A DNA stretch of 64,000 nt from Trichoplax adhaerens. Its lineage: Eukaryota; Animalia; Placozoa. Made by a program: the position numbers and the translations under genes. Under the pieces are notes generated by a model. It saw nothing but the letters and a program-made list of their open reading frames with translations. It had not been told where the DNA came from and searched no databases. Location: positions 1,228,445 to 1,292,444 of the forward strand of contig NW_002060957.1 in the NCBI RefSeq assembly GCF_000150275.1. Direction: 5' to 3'. Positions 55,385 to 64,000 of this stretch are shown one piece after another; positions within the stretch are counted from its first letter, which is position 1; each line of letters begins with the position of its first letter.

Positions 55385-55960
55385 GTGGGAATAAACCTTA
55401 TGATATCATGAAGGAAGTATCAAAACAGGAATTTTACATTAATTGTAGTAAATTTATTGACGTCAATAACTGTATACATATAAAAATGCATCTTTGCTTT
55501 TAGCGTGGAGTTTTCATAAACTACATTGGAGGGAATACATGATATAAAATAATTAAGAAAATACTGTTAGATTTTTACATTAATTAACGTAAATTTACTG
55601 ACGTTAGTAGATGTACAAAGCGCATCATTTAAACAATTGCTCAGGATCAATTTTGAGGATGGATGTTCAACAGCTACATTAAAGAAATAGACGTTATAAT
55701 ACTGTTAAAGAAAGTGTTATATAGGAATTCTACATTAACTAGAGCAATTTTATTTACGTTCACAGCAGTATAAAACTAATCATTTAAAGAATTTTCATTC
55801 ATTTGGATAAACTTTTTGAGCACAAGTTATTTGATTATTCCACAATCTACAGAGGAAAATTAGTGGTTATAATATGATTATGAAAATATGAAATAGGATT
55901 TTATATTAAATTAAGCAATTTTTATTGAACTTTAATAGCGGTATAAGATACATTATTTCA
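55385..55960. repeat. Highly diverged tandem repeat, ~4 copies of 140-170 bp
   Basis: AG(G)A(A)TT(T/C)TA(C/T)ATTAA...AATTT(T)A(T/C)T recurs at ~55428, 55569, 55723 and 55895. Confidence 0.55.
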
Positions 55961-58374
55961 CCCGCATGAACGTAATCATTATTTATATGCAAGATGGAAA
56001 AAAATCCCTTCTCCTGTTAGACTAAAAAAGACTTATAAAAAATCCAGTGTCTTTTCAGTACTGCGATTAGCTTTAGGAAGCCATGACGAAACTTCTCATA
56101 AACGTTTTACTAGTTTGTAAGTCATAATACAGTAGATGCTATCACAAGCCTTCAATCGGGTTTCATTTTAACTAAATTGCTGGTGGTGTATGTTCTACTG
56201 AACAATAATAATGATTGTAGCTATAACATACAGTTGACGAAAAAAGCTTAAATGAACGGAATTGAATAAGCTAATGGGTAGTAATGGGATCGTTAAATTA
56301 ATTTTATCCGTTTTAAATTGATAATGGAAAATCTCATTCCCGGTAAGTTCCTGACAACTTAATCCTTTGTATAACATTGCGCTACCAGGTAATGTTGGAT
56401 TTATCTCTGGATATCCCTATCATTTCATGAAAAGACCTCGAAATAAATTTCATAATATTGTGATCCTAAGAATTGCTTCTTTATGATTAGTTCATTTTCG
56501 TATTACTGGCATACATATTTCTCTATTGCTCACAATGTAAGGGAATATGTAGTTTTATTGAATCACTTTCACCGTTATTATTACCATAGGAGATGGATGA
56601 TATCCAATAAAGTTTTTCGTCATTGATTAGCATAGCCATTATAATCTGCTATCTATTGACAACTGATTTTAATTTTCATATCCGATTTGCATTGATGATG
56701 CCGATCATTCAATAAGCAAATACCCTAGAACTATGTATTATTAGGAAATATCCTCATATTGAAATTTAGACTTTGAAGTATAAGTTCAAAAGGTTAACAA
56801 GAATAAACCATCAAGGTATAAATGATACATAACAATCATTTTTATACCACTTAAAATAATTATAGGTATTTCAATAAATTTTTTTACTATTTCGTTATAT
56901 GTATTAATAGCTAAGAAGTCAACAGCTATTAATTTTCCGTTAATATTGTTGCTTTGCTTCTATATTATCATTAATCACTAATTAAAGCGATTAATATATG
57001 CTATAGATGTTATCAATCACAAGCATAAAGACGAACTCGTTCGTTATTTCTATAATATTAGCTCTAGATAAAGTCGCTGATGTTTTAGTACCACAATGTA
57101 AGTCTCATTAATAAACTTAGCTTTAATTGAATTCTTTTATAGACAATTCCTAATCATGTTTATTAAAGTGTCTATTGGATGATGTAAATAATATACAGTG
57201 GTTCAATAATGTCGCTACAGTGGGCATTTACAATAGTAAATGGTTCACCGAAATTGAAGTACATGATAGACAATATTAAATTTTTTTAACCGGCTATATG
57301 TAAATCAACAGAGCGCATCTCGTAAATTATACGTTTACAGATTAAATTGCTGATGTTCGGTAAAGATAACAGCTATATCTGTTTTTAGGAACGAGTATTG
57401 GAAGCCAACTATTCAATCCAAATCATTCATCAGAGTATTTTTCTTGTAGCGCTTAAATATATTTCAAATTTCTGATTAAGACGCAGAATTATCTTTATTA
57501 ATACTCATAATAAGGCTCATTACTCGGATAAAATATTTTTACTCTATCTAAAATGTTTCTATTAGAGAATAGCACCATATTATCCTTTAAATAAACATTT
57601 AATCTTGCTACAGTATCAATACATCAATATCGGCCGGATTAACTGAAACTAGCTATCATTGGAATGCCCATTTTCTTCACGCTATTACTTGCATATAGTT
57701 GATAATCTATTCCATAGTTGTTCTATGTCGGTCATGATTATTTTAATGATTTTTATAGTAATATTAATCATGGCTGAAACCGATCAACTATCACTAATAT
57801 CAAACTAGCATCGCAACAACTAAGTGAGAAAAAAGCTTTACATGCTTAGGGGATATTAACATCGCAAGGACTTTTAGTTTTTCCGATCTACGGTCAAGCA
57901 TTCCAATAAAACCTATGTTCAACAAGATACTCGCAGCAGTTATGGAAATTGTATTATCTAGAGAAATTTGATTAATATAAAGTAAGAATGGCTTATGCCT
58001 TTACACTAGCAGCACTTGATAACTAATTATTGAGTAGCGCAAATGACCAATAATTTGAATGCATCCTTATTGAATCTCATCAGTTTTAGTTTATTATTTG
58101 ATATAATGTTAATCATGGCTTAATCATAAGTTAATCCTACTCACCAGCTTCTGTTCTTGATCACCGTCCGCGGCAAAATGTAATTATCGGATAAATCATT
58201 TTATGAATTCAATCATGAAATATATACTGAATTACCATACACTTTTACTTAACCATTTTGTACCCGTGCTCAAAATGGCTTGTCTAACTCCTTATTGACA
58301 ACTTTACCGGCTTACAATATGGAAGGAGTGAAATGAATGCTGACAAAACTCCTGTGAAAAAGGATTGAATTGAT

Positions 58375-58823
58375 ATGACATACTCGCTCGAGTTCGATGA
58401 GTCTATTGCAGTTCCATCTGTGAGTGATTCATTTATTAGTCCTGTCATAGCCAAGCTTCCTATTGCGTTTTTAAAGGCCGATATGCATAACATCCGATTA
58501 GAGTCAGCCCTAATATTATTCTTATGTGGTGTACACGCTCGTGTTTGATGAATCTTTTACAGATCTATTTATAAGTAGACCACTTATTAGTCCTGCTATA
58601 ATCAAACTTACTTTGGCATTTTTAGAGGCCAACATACATAATACCCATTTAGAGTGAGTCTTGATATTAATTTTATTTGGTATACTCTTTTTCGATGAAT
58701 CTATGACAATTCTTTCTGTGAGCAAATTACTTATTAATTCTATCGTAATGGAGCTTACGACGACATTTTTATAGGTCGATATACATACCGTCTATTTTAG
58801 AGTAAGTCAGTCTTGATGTTATT
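58375..58823. repeat. Diverged tandem repeat, 3 copies of ~150 bp
   Basis: T(C/T)GATGA(G/A)TCT at ~58396, 58547 and 58694, each followed by TTATTA(G/A)T, TTTT..AGG(C/T)C.A.AT.CATA and TTAGAGT.AG.C. Confidence 0.8.
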
Positions 58824-61800
58824 TTAACAAATATTTTTTGTTCTCCTTTTTGCTTTAATGCTGGTTTCTTAGTAGATTGTGGAGATAAAACGTTAAGGCA
58901 TATTCTTGGACCTATATCATTTCTGTTTTCGAGTAGATTTAAGATCTATACTTTGAAACAAGCTTCAGGATTGTACTATCGTCAAAATACATAAAATCTA
59001 TGCATGGATCTTATGCAGTGTAATTTTTTGGTCAAAATACTAGAATAGTAGGTGTAGCTGTCTACTGCTCGATCGTTACGACAATCACCATAACTAAACA
59101 ATCTACTGTTGCTCGTTTTAATGCCAAATTGGATACGGGAAGTAGAAATGTAAATAGCTCAGGTCTAGTACTGAACAGACAATCATTACGGTGAACAGTT
59201 TTCCTATTTTACTCCACTATATAATTAAGATGGATTTCATTGGCTCAAAATCAGTCGCCAAATCAATACAAAATACAGATTCAGCTAGCTTGGTAGACTA
59301 TTTTCCTAGTGAGAAAGTGTATTACAGAATAAAAGGCCACCAGAAGGGCTATAGAGTGTATGAAAGATATACAGGATGATCTATCTCTAAAACAGAAAAG
59401 TAATTTTACAGTAATTAGCAGGTGTTGAGATATATTAGAACGCTTATTGATGAGTGGAAATTCTTCATATAGAATACGGCCTTCACTTGTAGAGTAAGTT
59501 AGAGGGGAAGTTACTTTGATCTCGAATACGCGTACAATTTCAAAAATATTGCCCAGTATCCATCATTAACCAAGTTATTCCTTCCGCACCGGTAGTTGAT
59601 TCATGTCTTGACCATCTGATTAAGCACGTATTGATAGTTTTGTGGGAGATCATTTTAGACGTCTTCTTTCAGATGACAGATTCACGCTTTTAATTTCATT
59701 CAGCCTTTTCTATCATCCGTCTTGGTTTTCTCTGCCAGCACATTGATATCATTTCTCATTTCCTACTTTATTATCTAGGCTAAAAATAAGAGTAGGAAAT
59801 GATACTAACTAAGTTCTATATCTTTGGGAGTAGATAGCTGCTATTCATTATCTCTTAGGATTCCTCATTTAGTACTTATTCAGTTGATTAAAATATCTTT
59901 TTGTTCATTAATATCCCGACTAATTTCATATATAAAAGATAATGAATAGGATTGGAAAGAAAAATCGAACAGCTGGCAGGGCTATATTTTATAGTAAAAA
60001 TAGATCACACGATTGCTCCCAAAATAGTAATGACTCCAGTTGACAATATTTTTAAACAGATGAAGACAATAGCAAGTTATTTTTACATCCTGCCTGATTG
60101 AATATTGCTATTGAAAGAAGTTACTAGACATCAGGTTTGAGAAGTTACATACTGAAAAGGAATAATCATAAATACGCAATTAGCTTTCTTAATGCTATAT
60201 TTTGATTAAACGATTGTATCAACGGCACATAACCCTTTACTGATACATAAAGACTGGAACAAGCTGTAATTACTAAATATTCGCTTGAATACTCTTTATT
60301 TTTGACATTTACGGCACATTTTCCAGTTGCTCATGCCTGTAAGCGCATGGATAACGTTAACCATGTTGTAAGTTGATGATAGTATACGCGTATATGTAAA
60401 TAAATGGATTTCTATCTATTAGAATGGCTAAGCGATAGTTTAATAAAATGAAATAGCTTATCCTAATTCACCTGCTAATTTTTTTGGTGAATGGTTTCAA
60501 TGTATAAAAACTTGATTAGCGGTTGCTCTATGCTTTCTCTGTCGATTATATTTAAGGTTTTGTTTTACGTAATCGCGTATCCTAATGCTCTATACTTTAT
60601 CTTATATTATTATCCTGACATCCTTCATTTCTTCTCACTTTGTAAAGAAATACATCAACTTGAAGTCATATATGTCTAAAATTACTGGTATTCTGTATCG
60701 CTACATTACGATATTTTGATACGTATTCGTTGCCAAAAAAGTGGTACGGTGATGAGCCAAATAAATAAATTAAGGCTGTAATGAGTATATTTTTTTTTGT
60801 ATGACGGTTAGCCATGCTTTAAATGTACCGCTATCTACCCAACTTCGATCCTCTTTAAATTCTTTTTCCCGTCGTTGATGTATTTACACGTTTGAATAGT
60901 AATTTACAGGTCGATCATGTATTCCATGCTCATATCATGTACGTTATATTATGTTTTTCATAAGTTCTGCAAAAGGTAAGAAAATGCTTAAGCAAAGCAT
61001 TAGAATATCCTTGAGTAGTAAGTTTGTATCAATTTTAAATTTCTTCTATTCGAGATACCGATACTAAAACGAATCAACAATAGGACTAATGTGTTGACTT
61101 AATCTTTCGACGTAAGCAAAATATTCCATGACAGTATTGGTTACTATTTTAAACTGTAACTACTATTATTATCACGTTGCTAATGCTGGGTTTTCTAGCT
61201 TGTTATGGGTAATAAGTGGATTATACGCAGTTCTAATCGGGTTTAGTGATGGTCTATCACTTTGTGTAATGATTTCTGTTATTAAAACAATATCTGAAAG
61301 ATTTTAACCAAGTGCCAATGTGTAACCAAGATTGGCTCCATAAATTCCTTACCAAGACTAAAAAGTCTTCCTTACGAGTAGCTATAGCTATTTCTACCGT
61401 ATATCAGTTATTTTAATCACTAATATGTAGCCGTCTAGTGGAATTTTCATATCTCATTGCGATATAGTGTCGCCAAAACCTTATAAGCAAAAGCAGAAGT
61501 TCCTGTAAAACTTCACTTTACCAATGACATCAAATTGGTTCTATTAATAATATAAACGAATAACTAACACTGCACGTCTTCTTACCATCTAATAATACTA
61601 AACTTAAGCTAATTTAAGAGTTGCATTGAGTAGTGCACGTATGGTTGTGACAGTGTTATATACTGTATCAGAGTAGAAATATTCATGTTAGATAATTTTT
61701 TTTAGCCTATCCTCATTTAGTTAATTTCTAATTTGGATATATTGTGTTTTAATATAACACTGGCTTAATGTGACAGTGACATATATACATATACTGAAAT

Positions 61801-63613
61801 TAATAGTTACATTAAGGAATGCGAATTATCTACTTACAGTTCTAATCATTGTGATTGTAACTTATAGTAGATTGTAAATTATCTTGGAAATGTTCCGTGA
61901 TAGGAAATGTCGCAATCTGATTATTCTGTATTAGGCATTAGATGTCTATGATCGTAGATACAATTGTTTGCATTAGGGAGCAGTAGCTAAAATTAGTATC
62001 TAATTCAGTGAATGATTCCAAAGTGTATCGTACTAACTATTGCAGAAGAGTATATAAACGCAATATATCGTGTAATAACGTTAATTCTTAAAGTTAGTAT
62101 TTAACGTATAATACGAGGCGTCTAGTCTTTGCGTAGTCTGCTAGTAAAGCAAAAGTGTTCCTGATAGTGCAGATATCGTTCCTTGATATGTGGCTCAAGG
62201 AATTGGCATATTGATCGTACTTTACGTTATCTGGTTACGAAGCTGTTTGTGATAATGGTATACTTTTATAACCGAGAGTTTATCCTCGATCTTTATTATA
62301 CGGTAGCTTTCAAATAGTGATCACAAATCAGCTTTAATCAGTCGAAATTTTTCTAAATTTTTTTTTGTAATTTGGAACCACCATCGTTAATCACATGTTG
62401 CCATATTTCCTTTGAAAGGAAAGATCGGTAAGAATATTGCATTCGATTTCATTTCAAGTTGAAATGATTGAAACAGAGTTAATTTACTAACAGTTAAAGC
62501 GCTAGTATAGCAATAGTACAACATCTTGGGGCGATAAAGAACACCGATTTGAAATCTGTTATTCTTATTTAGAGCAGCCATTGTGCAACCATTGACTAAA
62601 GAAAGGTTTATGTTGATACAAATAATAAATTAGCGGGTCTCATTCAAATACTTCTTCATTAATTAGGTAGTTTTTCTTTAAGATTTCGCTACAGATGCGT
62701 AATCTCTTTTGTTTCTCTGTTGTCCAAATTAGAATAGTGCGAATCTCCATTAGTAATCATTGCGGGCATTTCTTCAGTTTAATAATAAGTGCACTGTCTA
62801 TTCTAATATTTTTTTGATATCATTTTACAAAGCACAGTCAAAAGTCTAGACAACTGGCCGTGTGAGATTTTATTAATTTCCTATTTTGTACACTGACAGC
62901 AGGCATTATGTAAGATAATAAAATTATCCATGTGCCTTGTATTGAATGAGATCTTGCAATGTGCTAGGGTAGTATAAAGGAACAAACACTGCATATAAAT
63001 TTTATAATTAAGTACGGTATTATGCGATAAAGAATGATCAGAAAATGAACATTCATGTTATTGACTTTTAGAAATTTGCTTAATGATAATACTCCATAAT
63101 TTACAATGCAACAGAGAACCAATACTCTTTCTAGTTATAATAATTCTTATTTGGCCCAATATCTTCTGATTCCATTTTTATTTATACTTTATTATATTGT
63201 CACACTTTATAGAGAAGGAAATTTTAGAATAGCTTCCATTCACAATTGTTATATGATGAGATGCGGTTTTCACACGTAGGATTCGATGTTGAAACTCCTA
63301 GTTGATTATAGTAACAATGGCTTACTTACGATGCCCATTTGATAATTTTTATGCTAAGTAAGGCATTAAATACTAACAAATGTAATGCTCTCAACACTAT
63401 TTGTAATCTTTAGCCATTTTTAATGTAATCAGTAAGGGAATCCTCTTCATCTTATCGTCTTGCATAACTATTATAATTTATATAAAATGTAGCTGTAATC
63501 TGCTTATGACTATCGAATCAATTTTATATGAATGATACTTTTCTAAATTCATGTTATTCTACCTTATTAGTATAAACAGATCAGATGCCGAATCTATTTA
63601 AGTGGATGACTAG

Positions 63614-63685
63614 GTCAGCAACTCGCAGTAAAAGCCAGCAGCATTCCTTCGTGGAACAAATTGCTGAAAAATTTAATGGAGTTCG
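63614..63685 (+). CDS. Isolated candidate coding exon of an unidentified gene that probably continues beyond the window
   Basis: Flanked by TAG and GTAAGT, GC-richer than its flanks, and open as SATRSKSQQHSFVEQIAEKFNGV. No family recognised. Confidence 0.35.
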
Positions 63686-64000
63686 TAAGTATTGCGTGCT
63701 TATCTCTAGTAAAAGTTAGTTCTATTCTGTATTGATCTAAAAGATGATGTCTTATTATGTAAATGTTATGATAAGTAGTGTAAGATTATTTTATGGAAAA
63801 ATGAATCTTTCCTTTATAAATATTGTAATCAATTCATACTTTTCGAAAATATTTTGTCGGGATGGTTTGTATTTCGTAAATTAATTTTATCCGTGTATGT
63901 GTGTAATGTATTTAATAGTTCATTGGCACTATTAATCTTTGTGTAATATTGATTAGTGCAACTTACCCTTTACTGCATGCAATGAAGTGTTATATGGACT

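Noticed and set aside
53016-56377. Short hydrophobic ORFs (53016, 53261, 55020, 55181, 56195)
   Set aside because: I/F/L/K/N-rich composition expected from random AT-rich DNA, with no motifs or convincing splice context.
58284-58725. Two similar short minus-strand ORFs
   Set aside because: Their similarity comes from the ~150-bp tandem repeat. Unit lengths vary (151 and 147 bp) and break the frame.

Overview
AT-rich eukaryotic (animal) genomic DNA with short GT-AG introns. Compactness, base composition and gene content suggest a placozoan such as Trichoplax, which is an inference only. The first ~37.6 kb is gene-dense. It holds two tandem DPP4-like (S9B) dipeptidyl peptidases (+), the first 5'-truncated by the window edge, then a KIAA2012-like protein with an ER/K-rich C-terminus (-), an uncharacterised C2H2 zinc-finger/helical-repeat protein (-), TYW5 (+) and an intron-rich PRMT6-like methyltransferase (-). 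A GC-richer, palindrome-rich promoter-like island follows at ~38.1-39.5 kb. After that come ~24 kb with almost no coding signal, probably huge introns or intergenic DNA, containing many local diverged tandem duplications (units of ~73-300 bp). I found no CRISPR array, tRNA, rRNA or intact transposon, and I cannot support a wholly new biological system. The best leads are a DPP4 paralog with a remodelled S1 pocket (GWSHGA), the orphan zinc-finger gene with a GC-AG intron, the palindrome island, and apparent deep linkage of DPP4, KIAA2012 and TYW5. All exon coordinates were read by hand and may be off by a few bases.
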